From: Octopus vulgaris
Lineage: Eukaryota
DNA: 64,000 nt
Direction of reading: 5' to 3'
Assembly (NCBI GenBank): GCA_951406725.2
Contig: OX597819.1
Coordinates: forward strand, 56,358,001 to 56,422,000
The notes beneath the pieces are model-generated. The model worked only from the letters and a program-made list of their open reading frames with translations. It had not been told where the DNA came from and did no database searches. A program made the translations under genes and the position numbers. Numbering within the stretch: the stretch's first letter is position 1; each line of letters begins with the position of its first letter. Positions 12,411 to 26,342 of this stretch are shown here, piece by piece.

Positions 12411-12477
<67 letters not shown>

Positions 12478-12487
12478 TATATATATA

Positions 12488-13232
12488 TAATTGATATAGG
12501 ATAACATTTTTTTCGGAAAAAAATTTTATCAATGGCCAGCATATCAAAAAATGCCTTTAAAGTTAAAATTTATACATAATATACAAAATAAGGGCAGAAG
12601 AAAAATTCTAATATCAGACACGCCGAAACAAAAAAAGTGTCGATAACCATTAAATTTATGCGTCTCGAAATAAACCGATAGAAATCTCTAAAAATTTCGT
12701 TATTACCATATTGGTCTAATTTCGGTGTTAATTCACAATAAATTTTCCCCTCTTCAGCGGCACATACGCGAGATATAAATGAAATACTTATTCCTACCCA
12801 TGGAAGAAGCAAGCACCAAGTCCCAAGCAGACTTAAGTTCCCCAAATATATCAAATAGAAAAATCTTCGGCGCACCTCGAGAAATGTGTGATTCGAACTA
12901 GAAACTTTCACAGAGTGATAGAATCCGGAAGTGAACACTATTCTATTTATAATTGATATAGAATAAAAATTTTTCGGCAAAAAATTTTATCAATGGCCAG
13001 CATATCAAAAAATGCCTTTAAAGGTAAAACTTATACATAATTTACAAAATAAGTGCAGAAGAAAAATTCTAATACCAGATACGCCGAAACAAAAAAATTG
13101 TCGATAATCATTAAATTTATGCGTCTCGAAATAAACCGATAGAAATCTCTAAAAAATTCGTTATAACCGTATTGGTCCAATTTCGTATCTGGCGTATCTG
13201 GCATTAGAATTTTTCTTCTGCCCTTATTTTGT

Positions 13233-13240
<8 letters not shown>
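12488..13240. mobile_element. Insertion in (TA)n with direct plus inverted repeat structure (PLE-terminus-like)
   Basis: ~240-bp direct repeat (12488-12725 and 12948-13185) followed by an inverted ~50-bp piece (13190-13240); absent from duplication copy 1. Confidence 0.6.
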
Positions 13241-13296
<56 letters not shown>

Positions 13297-13849
13297 CATA
13301 TATATGTTTATATATATAGTATATATATATATATATGTGTGTATATATATGTATACGACGGACTACTAACAGCTTCCGTGTTGCAAATTCAATCACAATG
13401 TTTTGGTCAGACCGAACTATAGTTGAAGGTACTTGCCATGTTGTGAGGCTGAACCAAATAATCGGGAAGAATACTTACTATAGAGTCAAGTCCGCGCCTA
13501 TTTGCAAAAGATAGCGGTAAACATGTTAGTAAGCAACCGTAAAACCCATTATTTAAGACCTTCCTTCCCTTGAGAAGGTACTGCGCTCTCAATATGTGAG
13601 TGTATCTATCTAATTTCTAAAAGTAGTTAGCATTATTACCACAAGTGGGTTGTTTTACCCTGTTATATGTACCTATCGTCCCTGCTTTCGACCGAGAATT
13701 ATTTCGCAATTTCACGAAAACAAAAACATAGAAAATAGAAGACACAGCAACGAAAATTGTCATGAATGTACGTGTATATTTCAGGTTCTATTAAACATAA
13801 TAGTGCATATAGTTAATTACGGAATATATTAATACGTTGTTAGAATTCG

Positions 13850-15035
13850 TTAGTCTAGATTGAAATTAATTTGACCTATTTCACATCTATTGACCGATGC
13901 AAAATATCGAACCAATTAAGGTGAGACGATAACCAAATCGTCTTTAAATTCTATAGTATTATGTTCTTTGCACGGTTTAAAAGAAAGAAAATTTGTGTAA
14001 TTTAGACCAGGATGTATAAAAGATACATGAGGGCTATGGCTTGAACAGTTTTGAATATATATCTGCCTGATCAGATTTGAGCATGCTCTAGATAATAAAT
14101 ACAACTGCAAAATATTTTGAAGTCATTTAACATGTTTATTCATTTTCGGTAATTATTGAAGTTGTCATAACAGCCATACTTTAAGAGGAAATTACATCTG
14201 TAATTTTGAGGTAATCACACATTTTTCAAGAAATTTACAATTTTTAATATGCAGGATATGTTGAAACTGGAAGTGAAACAGGGTTGTAGTTGGTGTTATG
14301 ATTCATTTTGAATTTTATCAGTAAATTTTATCAGTAATGTTTCCCAGAAAGATATTTATGTCACATAATCTTATATTTCCTACTTTATATCACCACACCT
14401 CAAGACAATCTATAAAGTTTGATAGTTTAATGAAAACGAATTATTTCTGTATGGAAATATTTAGGATTGGCCGCGTACTAATTTGTTTTATTAAAAATAA
14501 AAAATCATGTGTATGTTTACAACTTTAAATAAGTCTAATAGATTATTATCAATTTTTATATTTGATTTAGTTTCCGAATATCCCTAAGAGTCTATGAATT
14601 CCTTTAACAGCATATGATAAAAGAAAACATTATTATTATATTTTACACCTAGGTTCTTGGAGTAGTCTTGATAGAGTTACGAACGTGATTGCAGGATCCA
14701 GGGAATTACTTTCCGTATTTATGATCAATAATATCATAATAGTCTTGAACAAGTTAGTTTGGGAATTGTTTTAGTATGTTATATATTCTGATACTTCTAA
14801 GAGCAGTACGTCATGAATATCAACAAAATCTTGATCAATATATTTTAGTCATTCGTTGGCTGATATTGCCTTTCAGTCATATTCCTTTCAAGAATAACAA
14901 GTATATATCCCATGTAAAAGTGTGGTTTCTTTTTACTTTTGTGTTCAAGAAAAGAATCTTTGCTATTTTGAGATGTTGTTTGCCTTTAAGTCTTACACTG
15001 TTTTCAATGTTGTCAAAAGAAGATCGTGTGTAAAA
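13850..15035 (-). pseudogene. Old ~1-kb unit, copy A (partial duplicate 9060-9694); possible decayed coding sequence
   Basis: Shares blocks such as aacattatt, tcttgatcaata, gctgatattgcc, gtaaaagtg and ttgcctt.aagtc with copies B-D. Confidence 0.45.
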
Positions 15036-15059
15036 GTTTATAGCTAGATTTTTGTCTTT

Positions 15060-15700
15060 TAATATATATATAAATATATATATATTTCAATAGAATAGTT
15101 ATTGTGAGAGTGTATATATATATATATATATGTATATATATAAAGCACACACATACATATATACATATATAAATATATGTATATATATATATAAACATAT
15201 AAATGCATATACATATATATGTATATATGTGCATATATATACATATGTATATTTATATATGTATGTATATATATGTATATATATATATGTATATACATAT
15301 ATGTATGTATATATATATGTATGTGTATATATATATGTATGTATATATATATGTATGTGTGTATAAATGTATGTATATATATATATATATATATACATAT
15401 ATATATACATATAATAAGATGAGAGAATAGAAAGGTAATTAATAAATGATTATTTATTAATTAAAAAATTGACAAACATCCCTTACAGCTGTTTCAATTC
15501 AGTCTCGCAGAAAGTAATATATGTATATATGTATGTATGTATGTGTGTATGTGTGTATGTATGTGTGTATATGTATGTGTGTGTATGTATATGTATGTAT
15601 GTATGTATATGTATGTATGTGTGTATATGTATGTATGTATATGTATGTATGTATATATATATATATATATGTATGTATATATATGTATAAACATATAAAT
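15060..15700. repeat. Compound (TA)n/(TATG)n microsatellite
   Basis: Seen directly. Confidence 0.95.
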
Positions 15701-15784
15701 GTTTATCAGATCGCCATGTTGATTCGCTAGCTTCTGCACGCATTTTTTCTCTCCTTGTTTCTTTCTGTGTTTCTTTTCTGAGTA

Positions 15785-15822
15785 TCTTTCTGTTGAAGAG
15801 CGTAGGCTCGAAACGTAAAAGA
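15785..15822 (+). ncRNA. Minimal hammerhead-like motif, A6U core variant
   Basis: UCUUU-CUGUUGA-A-GAGC(guag)GCUC-GAAAC-GUA-AAAGA, lying in a ~200-bp repeat that abuts (TA)n. Confidence 0.55.
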
Positions 15823-15918
15823 CTTGTTTTATTTATATTCCTGAGCGCCATACTAATACAATTGTTTGTTTATATTCCACCTGCCTTCGTCTTTTGTTTA
15901 TTTTCATAAAGCTTCCCG

Positions 15919-15994
<76 letters not shown>

Positions 15995-16026
15995 ATATAT
16001 ATATATATATTTGTATGTATATATAT

Positions 16027-16066
<40 letters not shown>

Positions 16067-16444
16067 GTGTGTGTGTATACACACGATAATAATATACAGT
16101 GAAGTTCTTCGTCGGCTGTCACTATAAAAAGCAGGATTTTGCCACTAGCTCACCGGTACATCCTAACAAACTGTCGACCAGTGATGTATTCATTAATGTT
16201 TTATTTATAAAGCAGAATTGGAGCTTATGAGTTACGTAGTGTAGATGCCAATAAATAAAATAAAAATATGCCAGCTTCTTGTAAAACTATATGAATTACA
16301 TCTCTTAATTTACCTGTGTGAAAGCATTCTCTTTAGCACTGTTGATGTTGGGACTTATATTAGGGAATAGCATGTCTTTTTACACCGAACCGGAACTATT
16401 GTACTCCTGTTGCCGACGCTTACATATTTAGCTGAACCGATATA

Positions 16445-16640
16445 CTGGTTTCAAATTATGGAACAAGGCCAGCGGTTTCTGAGGGCGCGAGGAACTCGAT
16501 TACTTCGGCCCCAATGCTTAACTGGTACTTGATTCATAGATCTCGAAAGGATGAAAGGCAAAGTTGACCTGGGCGACATTTGAACTTAGGGCGTAAAGAC
16601 GGACGAAGTTTTGCTAAGCCCGTCGTATAGTACGACGGGC
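16445..16640 (-). mobile_element. SINE family B, diverged
   Basis: actggtactt...cgaaaggatgaaaggcaaagttgacct...atttgaact. Confidence 0.7.
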
Positions 16641-16769
16641 TTTTGCTACCGCTCCGCCTCGCTAGCCTTGCTGATCCTGCATATTGACGACAGATACTGA
16701 GGCGCACACACATTTCCTGCAAGTTAAAGGTCGGCTGGTAAGTTAAATTTTTCGAAACACAACCATATA

Positions 16770-17017
16770 CTCTTTATTTTCTTTACTTGTTTCAGTCATT
16801 TGACTGCAGCCATGCTGGAGCACCGCCTTTAGTTGAGCAATCGATCCCGGGACTTATTCTTTGTAAGTACTTATTCTATCGGTTCTTTTTCAGAACCGCT
16901 AAGTGACGGGTACACAAACACACCAGCATCGGTTGTCAAGCAATGCTACGAGGATAAACTCAGACACACAAACATACACACACACACGCACGCACACACA
17001 CACACACACATACACAA

Positions 17018-17054
<37 letters not shown>

Positions 17055-17199
17055 CATATACATGGCGGGCTTCTTTGAGTTTCCGTCTACCAAATCCACT
17101 AACAAGGCTTTGGTCGGCCCGAGACTATAGTAGAAGACACTTGCCCAAGGTGCCACGCATGGGACTGAACCGAGGCCATTTGGTTGGTAAGTAAGCTAC
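16770..17199 (-). mobile_element. SINE family A
   Basis: Reverse complement of the 39146 copy, with internal (CA)n(TA)n. Confidence 0.85.
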
Positions 17200-17420
17200 T
17201 GTATAACGTAATTTTAATAATAACTTTAATTAGTTATGGTATTGAACGCCTTTTTCAATTGACACCAATATCCACTTTTGATGGTTAATTTAGCGAAAGA
17301 TATAAAAAAAGAACTTATGCACACATATACTTACACGAGTATACAAATATATACATTAATATATACATAATTAAACACACATACATACATAATAACTAAA
17401 TTTACATACATATATATGCG

Positions 17421-17462
<42 letters not shown>

Positions 17463-17674
17463 TATGAATCCAAATTACAGGGAAAAATCAGATTTAGGGT
17501 TAAATCCAATTTCATAGTAAAATATATATAATATAATTCGAGACAAAACCACTATTTTAAAACCAAACAAGGAAAGACTTAATCAATACATAAAATTTTA
17601 ATATAAATTATTTAATTTATATTAAAATTTTATTATTGATTAGTCTTCTGTTTGTTTAAATATGTTTTATTTAT

Positions 17675-17733
<59 letters not shown>

Positions 17734-19399
17734 CCATATATACATCCAAACGCACAGTCACACACACATATACACACATATATGTAAATATAAGTATAAA
17801 GGAGATTTGGGAGTTGAATATATATTTATTTAACCAAGTGATTTCATAGGATTGCCGCCTTTTCGCATCGTCCTTTGAGTTTTATTAATCTTATTACGCA
17901 GAATATTACGCATATATATTTGCATTAATATGTATGCTCAAAATTACACAATACTATTAGATATTCACAAAATTTATGCATATAAAGATAGCTAGTTCAT
18001 CAGATCACCGGAAAATCATGGTTACATCAACAGTTCTACTCTCTTTATCGTATACTACTAATTTCTACATACACCGATATACATACATACATACATACAT
18101 ACATACATACATACATACATACATACATACATACATACATACGTATGTTTGTATGTATGTATGTATAATAGTTTATTGGTACTAGCAATCAGCTTCCACT
18201 GTCTGGCACCCCATTTTGATATCACACAATAAAATCGATCTTATTTGATTCACTGCCCTATATTTAGTTTGTCAGCTTGACATATCGTGCTATGAATAGG
18301 GAAAGAAAAACCGTTGACATAAACATATGCTTCAACATGTTATATTACAAAGACGTAGGTAAGTAAAAACTTATTCTAAAATAAACATCAAAGTCTAAAG
18401 GAACAAAAACCACAATTACAGCGGTGGAATTTCTTTTCTTCCATGTATAATTTGACAACTTCAAAGAAATGTAGAAGAATGGACGGCGAATGTAAAAATG
18501 TTGGCATGAATTTGTGTTTCAAAACTGTATATTTGAAGATCATGGTTAAATACAAGCTTATTCCAAAATAAGCATCAAAGCTTAGAGTTAAAAATATCTC
18601 AGTTATATTCCTAACAATCAAATATGGACAAGTGTCTACTATATACGGTGAGTCAATATATCACAGTTTGTTAATGTGGGTTTTTTTCACCTCCAATATA
18701 CAAAAAGCTAAACTTAATAATACTCACTACAAACCTTGCATGTGTTTTATTATGTAATATAACGAAATATTAGATTACATTTGCTATTTTTTATACCCCG
18801 CAACGTATGCCTTACAATAATTATATAGTACACTCATCGGGCCTTTCTGGAACTCAAAATGTTTTGATTTTGCGGAGAAAAACCGAAAATTTTCAAAAAT
18901 GTTCAAAGTATCTTGAATGTGGAATAACAAATTTTCATGCATCGTTTTCTCTCCTTTTAATTACAACAAATAAAACAAAAAATCTAATAAAACAAAACAA
19001 AACAAAACAAAATGCAATATTAATGATTCGATTGTCTGGTTTCTCAGTGAAAACAACAACAGACAATTCTAAATACACAATTAGCATAATTACGTAAACA
19101 ATTTGATATAATTGATTTCTATTCTTCTATTACTGAAACTTTACTAGGAAAAGCACTAATTATCGCCAAATGATAATATAATATAGATAACGATGACAAT
19201 GTTAGAGAATTAATAACGGAAAAGAGGGCCATTATCTGTAAAACAACATTTGCTTTTTGATGAAGGTTCACTATTGAGTAAAGGAACCTAATGCAGACGG
19301 GCCTTTCAAATTTAAAATGGATTGGTTGGATAGCGCGGAGGTTTGCAATCTACCTGAATAACATCATAGATTAAATTCTGAAAGAAATATAGTTTATCA

Positions 19400-19640
19400 C
19401 ACTTAGACCTTTTCAATAATACTGATGGGCATGCGTTTAGCATGACCAAAATCTTAAGCCCATGCAGCACTTAAAGTTAACACTAGAAACTACGAACCTT
19501 GTGAGAAATCAAATGTCAAGCTCTCTTACAATAATACAGGCTGGAACAATCAACCAACGTTTGTTGTAAAGAATCTAATCAAGGACATTAGCCGAAGAAT
19601 ATCGTCTCATAATGAAGACCATTTTAAGGAAAGATTGAGG
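19400..19640 (+). mobile_element. Degraded PLE reverse-transcriptase C-terminal fragment
   Basis: Pieces YEPCEKSNVKLSYNN..NNQPTFVVKNLIKDISRRISSHNEDHFKE resemble the PLE thumb region. Confidence 0.4.
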
Positions 19641-19974
19641 CGAGATTCCTTACAAATTCCCTCAGCTTTATTTCATTTGCAAAATATTATCCATCTGAGA
19701 CTACAAAATATTACACTTGTCTAAGATATCACGCAACCAGGTAGAACATTGTAAATCTTAAGACAAACCATTGTACAAAATCTTTTTGTATAATATATCC
19801 CATACTTAAAAAAAAAACAAACATATCATTTGGGACGGGCGCTGTTCTGCAAGCGTCAAATTGTTATTCGCAACTATTCAGAGACAAAAATATACAACAA
19901 TAAAAATTGTTTCGTACATTATATCTACATGTTTAATATTGTGTTTAGCTTTATAATGGTCATCATTAATTGTT

Positions 19975-20612
19975 GTTTTCTACTCTAGGCAAAATGCCCG
20001 AAATTTTTGAAGTGGGTCTAGTCGATTAAATCGATTCCAATACGCAACTGATACTTAATTTATTGACCCTGAAAGGATGAAAGGCAAAGTCTATTTCGGC
20101 GGAATTTGAACTCAGAACATAAAGACAGACGAAATACCGCTAAGAATTTGCCAGCTTTCCGCCTTGGTCACCATTAATTGTTCTTTTCTACTCTAGGCAC
20201 AAAGCCCAATATTTTGGGGGAGGGGGACAGTCAATTAGATCGACCCCAGTGCGTAACTGGTGCTTAATTTATCGACCCCGAAAGGATGAAAGGCAAAGTC
20301 GACCTCGGCGGAATTTGAACTCAGAACGTAACGGCAGACGAAATACCGCTAAGCAGTTCGTCCGGCGTGCTAACTTTTCTTATTTCTTTATTGCACACAA
20401 GGGGCTAAGCATACAGGGGACAAACAAGGACAGACAAACGGATTAAGTCGAGTAAATCGACCCCAGTGCGTAACAGGTACTTAATTTATCGACCTCGAAA
20501 GGATGAGCGGCAAAGTCGACCTGGGCAGAATATGAACTCACAACGTAACGGCAGACGGAAAACCGCTAAGCATTTCGCCCGGCATGCTAACCTTTCTGCC
20601 AGCTCGCGGCCT
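19975..20612 (-). mobile_element. SINE family B cluster (three body units)
   Basis: Repeated cgaccccgaaaggatgaaaggcaaagtcgacctcggcggaatttgaactcagaac; head ctgccagctcgc at ~20600. Confidence 0.85.
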
Positions 20613-21086
20613 TGCTCATCATTATTTATTGTATATACAATATTGGCGAGGAGATTTTAAAATCTAAATTAGTGTTATATTTGTGTATTTAACTTTTATG
20701 AATGTCAGCAAAATAGTTTAACAACGAAGGATGTTCTTTTTTGTCACTTGACCTGCTAGATTTAACAGTGATATGTTCAAGTTCCACACGATTATCTTAA
20801 TAAAGGGAAAGCATCATTGAAAAATATTGTACTGAATATACGAAACATGATCATCACGAGTGGAATGCATTTTATCATTGGTATCTACCACCAATGACTT
20901 GGGTATTAATAGTAATAGAACCTACAAACTTCAAATATCTTCATATGGCTTAATACGCTCAGGTAAATGATGGTGATGATGATTATGAGGAGGAGGTGGA
21001 GTAGTACGGTGGCCGCGACGGCGACGATGACAATGGAAGTGATGTTGAACATAATTCTGATGGTGACGACGTTGGTGTTGTTGATG

Positions 21087-21661
21087 TCTTCTTCTTCTTC
21101 TTCTTCTTCTTCTTCTTCTTCTTCTTCTTCTTCTTCTTCTTCTTCTTCTTCTTCTTCTTCTTCTTCTTCTTCATCTTCTTCTTCTTCTTCAAATCAGGAC
21201 TCACGCCATTAACCACAAAGAATAATCTCTAATTCGAGCCTACTCTAAGCTACTAAGAATGCGTGTGGCAACTTGAAGATCCACCCACCACACGCGATAG
21301 ACTGGTGGTTGCACGGGCGCGAAAGCTACGTTGTTATCATCATTCCATAAACGGTGGCTTTTAATGGGTGGAGAGCTGAACCATTCTGGGGTACAGAGGA
21401 TTCTCAATCTAGACTAGGTTCTGAAAGTTTACCACACTATTGTGGGCTACACCATAGTCCCTCTGTTTGTGGCAGAAGTATGAAAAAAGAGTGAAAGAAA
21501 GTTGTTGTGAAAGAGAACAGCTGGGTTCAGCACTACCTCCCTCTCGTGGAGATTAAGCGTTGTTGCTCAATAAATACTCATAATGCCCGGCCTTGGAATC
21601 GAGACCGCGTTCTTACGACCGTGAGTCCGCTGCCCTAACCACTGGGCTATTGCGCCTCTAC
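21087..21661 (-). mobile_element. SINE family C with long (GAA)n tail
   Basis: Homologous to 1913-2407; (TTC)n at 21087-21190. Confidence 0.85.
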
Positions 21662-21959
21662 AGGTATTGATGTTGATGATGATATAGTTGACGCTTATGG
21701 TAATGGTGGCGATAATGATGATGACTATGGTGGTGATGATGGTGGTGATGATGAGGGGGCAGTGGGTATTATTAGCCCCACATCTATTCTATTTGAACGG
21801 ATCTAAACTGCAGCTATGAAGGATCTACCTTTATTTTCTTGTATCATTGCCTAAAGTGTCCCTCATTACATTTCATACTGCATGTCAAATAATAGCAAAG
21901 AGGCTGTTATTTCATCATGTCCGATAATTGCCATTATAGTCGCAAGGAGCTGTATTCAT

Positions 21960-23075
21960 GAGTAATGGAATGTTGTGACATTTACACTTTTCCATAGTAT
22001 ATATTTGGCAGTGTTAATGAGATAAACCGAGTTCAAACTGGAATTGGACCCGGAGAAGGAACTCGGTCAGTAAGGAACCTATTTTGTTTCACTTTAACGT
22101 TTGTGTATCAATTGATTTCTATTAACGTCTTAAAAAAGTTATTTTCCACCATGTCAAATCAATCACCCGGTTTTGATCCCTGCTTGTAACAATTTCTTTT
22201 CACATACTTCACTAATGTTTTTGAGAAAGTTATGAATGTCACATAATGTTATATTTCTTCCTTTATAGGTCGAGGCCTGGAAATAATCGATATCGTTTGA
22301 TATTTTATTGGAATGAAGCAATTTCTGTTTGGGTTAGTCTTAGTCGAGTGTTTGTATGCTATTTTATTTTCGTTATAGACATGTGCGCTAATGTGCTTAG
22401 TTCTTACAACTTTAAATAAGTGCTATAGATTATTATCTGTACTTATTATATTTTATCTTCCAAATATCACTAGAAAAGTTCAAACACCTTTAGCAAAATA
22501 TTACTAAAGGAAACATTATTGTCATATTAGATCTAGTTTTGTACTTACCTAAATTTACGTGGTAGTCGCCGTGGTGGTGGCAGTGGGTTGCGAAGTATTC
22601 TGAATTTCTTATAGAAACATTGTTTGTTGACAGATAATACGATAATAATCTTGAATAGAATATATTTTATCATAGTTTTGTTTTCTGTTTCTAAGAGCAA
22701 TATGTCAAATTCAACAAAGTCTTGATCAATAAATATTGGTCACTGCCCTTGGGGTGATATTGTCATTATTGTCTTACATTCTTTTAAATAATAGCAATAA
22801 TAGATTTTGTGTAAAAGTGTAAAGGTTCCCTTTTATCTGTTGAATACAATATTAGTATACTCGCTATTTTGGGGCCGATATTTGCCTTGAAGTCTTACAT
22901 TATTTTCATGGATATCAAGAGAAGACTATGTATAATCGTGTGAATCAGTATTGTTATTTATGATAGTTTTTTCTTACAGTATAAATATCTCTGACAATCT
23001 ATAGCTTAATACTTTCTAGGTCATCTATTTAGAATGAAGCTAATGCCAAAATAAATGGTCAGCCAATGGCATATT
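21960..23075 (-). pseudogene. Old ~1-kb unit, copy B
   Basis: Minus frame DIDYFQASTYKGRNITLCDIHNFLKNISEVCEKKLLQAGIKT aligns with copy D. Confidence 0.45.
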
Positions 23076-24428
23076 TATTGATTAGCTTGTATATAAAAGA
23101 AAAATACATCACTGAATTTTATCCCAGCTATGGGTTAATTTCTGAAAATACATGATTGGCAAGAACTAGTTTATCCAGATTAACCTTAAGATCGTCAATG
23201 ACACTTCTAATAGTAACACAAAATATCAAGGTAAAGAGTGAAGTTCTAAGACGGAATGGTTTATGGGATAATATAGTCTACATAAAGAATAATTCTTTCT
23301 ACTATAGGTACAAGGCCGGAAAATTCGTGGGATTACATCGACTGCAATGTTGAATTGATACTTGTTTTATCGAGTCCGAAAGGATGATGAAAGGAAAATC
23401 GACCTCGGCTGCGTTTGAACGTAAATACGGATGAATTGATACTAAACACTGTGTCCAGCGTGCTTGCGTTCAGTCAGCTTGCCACCTTCTACATAGAGAA
23501 TAATACTGAGTGGTGGAAAGATTTTCATCTAAAGCTTAATCCGCTAGTGTTGATCCGGAGCTACATAAAAATCTCCACAATTATTTTCGCGTCATTTCAT
23601 ACAGTGACGAGATGGCAAAATCCTTAGAGCGTAGATAAAGTGATTTGCGTTAATTCTTCCGGGTCTTTGCAATTTTAGTTTAAGCACCGTCATGGTTAAT
23701 TTGCATCTTTCTTTCGGTGTCGAAAAATATAGCAGTCAGGCACTGTGCGCCATGATATCGACTAAAACTTCCTCCACAAAAATTGCTGGCCTTGTGGTTA
23801 ATTCAGAATTCCTAATTCAATACTAATATCTAAATACAAAAAGAGCATCAGGTAAATACAAAATAGGCCACAGGATTTTTATTTGTTGAGAATCAGTAAG
23901 ATAATGCTGTGACATTCATATCTTTCTTAGGAGTCGATCTTGACAGCGTCGGGGTTTATTTGGTGCTAAATGTTATTGAATATTCTTTTTTATGGTGTAA
24001 AATTTCTCTATTTCTAACAACACCTCAAATTCGTTACAAAATATCCTCAAATTCTTTACAAAAGGTGTTTTGTTGTTTACTTGTGATAATTTTTAGCGAT
24101 ATCATCTCAAAGTATAACATTGGTTTCAAGTATAGCAATTATAAATTGCGTGTGAATCTGTGAAGGTGTTCTCTTTTGCTGTGAGTTCCATATAAGCATT
24201 TTCACGCTTTTCAGACTGATATTATCTTTAAGACTTACATCATTTTCAAGACTATCAAGTGGAGATTGGCAATGAAAATTCGATAGTGCAAAAGTATTCT
24301 GATAACAGCTAACACGTGATATCAGTTTTGCCACAAGCAATAGATAAGGTATCAGATAATCATTCTATCCACTTGAAGTTGCAATCAAACCTACTTCTAA
24401 AGTAGCCTCTACGTACTCATTAGGTATA

Positions 24429-25668
24429 CGAGGGTGGGCTGAAAAGATCATAGGCTGACTATGAAGGGGTGATGCTAGAGCTGTGAAAATTTGTATGCAG
24501 TAATCTAATTCTCTTTATTAATGAATGCATTGTTTTTTTCCAGGTAAACTGACATTTACCTGTCCACGAAGACTTTAAATGTAACTAGTAGCGTCAGCTC
24601 TTGAAAATGGACAAAATTTGGCATGGTGGTGTTATGAAGTACCTACAGATAAAGGGTTTAGCACCACCAGCAAATCAATGCTGACATGGGTGCTACATTA
24701 AGAGTGATGTTCCAGCTATATCTACAGTGCAAAAGTGAGCAACTGAATTTAGAAGGGGGAAGGGAGAGTCTTGCAGATGACTTTAGGTCTGGACTTACTG
24801 AAAGTGGAAAACATACATAGTCTTCACCACGTGGTGATGGATAACAGACCTTTGACTATAAATCAAATAGACAATGCTATTAGCATATGCTCTGAGAGAG
24901 TTGAGTATATTTTGCTCAATGACCTTGGCATGACGAAGGTACCATGTCTTCTGGTACCTAATCAAAAACGCACCAGGCTGATCACATCACGGGAAAATCT
25001 GTATTGTTTGCAGCAGATCCAGCTGGTTTCCTTGAACTTTACTTAATCCAAGATGAGCCAGAGATAAAGGGGCAATCCATGCAGCGGAAACATCTCTCCT
25101 CTCCTGCTGCAAACAAGGCTAACGTCGTTTCATATGCAGAGACAGTGATCGTGTCTGATACGGGGGTGCAAAAGGCAATGTGCTTATGGGCTATCTTCAA
25201 AAGGGCTACAACATGAATGGAAAGTACTATGTCAACTTCCTGAAGCAGTTACTAAAGACTGACAATATCAAACACCCAGGAAAACTGAAGGGGGTCATAT
25301 TTCACGATGCTCTAATTCACAAATGCTAGGTTTCAATGGCTGCTGTGTGTGACTGTAGTTTTGAATTGGTTGATCATCCTCCCTTTTCTCATGATTTCGC
25401 TCCCTCTGACTATCATCGGTTTCCCAACATGAAAAATAAAACATTTGGCTGGGAACCAGTATCGCAGTGATGATGACGTCATGTCTTCTGTTGATGATTT
25501 GTTTGATTATCAGGATGAAAGCTTCTTCGCCAACGGGACCCAAGCATTGTAACACCAATGGGAGAAGTATGTGGACAGCAAGAGGGACTATATTGAAAAC
25601 AAAACATCACTTGGTCACATTCCACGAGAGTACCTTGGTCAGCCTATGAACTATTCAAACGACCTTTG
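24429..25668 (+). mobile_element. Mariner transposon, near full length, decayed
   Basis: TIRs cgagggtgggctgaaaagatcataggctgac / gtcagcctatgaactattcaaacgacctttg with 5' TA. Transposase relics MDKIWHGGVMKYL.., EFRRGRESL and PFSHDFAPSDYHRFPNMK (YSPDLAP motif). Confidence 0.9.
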
Positions 25669-25785
25669 CCCATTATATAGCGCCGTTGTATCGATTCCTA
25701 CAAGTATGTAGTCTTCACGTTTGGAAATGCGTCTTGATAGTTCTCCTGGAAGCTGAACGATACAGCAAAGACAACAGCAGCAACA

Positions 25786-26342
25786 GTGGGGGCGCAATGG
25801 TCCAGTGGTTAGGGCAGCGGACTCGTGGTCGTAAGAACGAGGTTTCGATTCTCAGACCGGGCATTGTGGGTGTTTCTTGAGCAAAAACACCTAAGCTCCA
25901 CGAGACTCCGGCGGGAGGTGGGGGTGAACTCCGCTGTACTCTTTCACCACAATTTTCTTCCTACTTCTGCCACAAAGCAAAGGAACGATGGTGTAATCCA
26001 CTATGGTGTGGTAAACTTTCAGACCCTAGTCTAGATTGCGAATCCTCTCTACCCCCAGGATGGTTCAGCTCTCCGCCCGTTAAAAGCCACCGTTTACGGA
26101 ATGAGGATAACAACGTAGCTTTCGCGTGTGGTGGGTGGATCTTCAAGTTGCCATACGCATTGTTAGTAGCTTAGAGTAGGCTCGAATTAGAGATTATTCT
26201 TTGTCGTTAATAGCGTGAGTCCTGATTTGAAGAAGAAGAAGAAGAAGAAGAAGAAGAAGAAGAAGAAGAAGAAGAAGAAGAAGAAGAAGAAGAAGAAGAA
26301 GAAGAAGAAGAAGAAGAAGAAGAAGAAGAAGAAGAAGAAGAA
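25786..26342 (+). mobile_element. SINE family C with (GAA)n tail
   Basis: gggggcgcaatggtccagtggttagggcagcgg...ggtttcgattctc...gcgtgagtcctgatttgaagaagaa. Confidence 0.85.

Larger units (their letters stand above)
9689..14478. repeat. Tandem segmental duplication, copy 2 (~4.8 kb)
   Basis: Collinear with 5121-9694. It lacks ~5962-6414 and ~7185-7605 of copy 1 and has an extra insert at 12488-13240. Confidence 0.92.

Noticed and set aside
15480-15515. Hammerhead relic (minus strand GAAA-CAGCUG-UA); similar half-motifs at ~32765, ~43765 and ~47885
   Set aside because: The CUGANGA core or stem II is missing, so they are not called as ribozymes.
18276-18358. Candidate plus-strand exon (ttgtcag| ... 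|gtaagt, one open frame)
   Set aside because: The peptide is unrecognisable, no partner exons were found, and such signals arise by chance.
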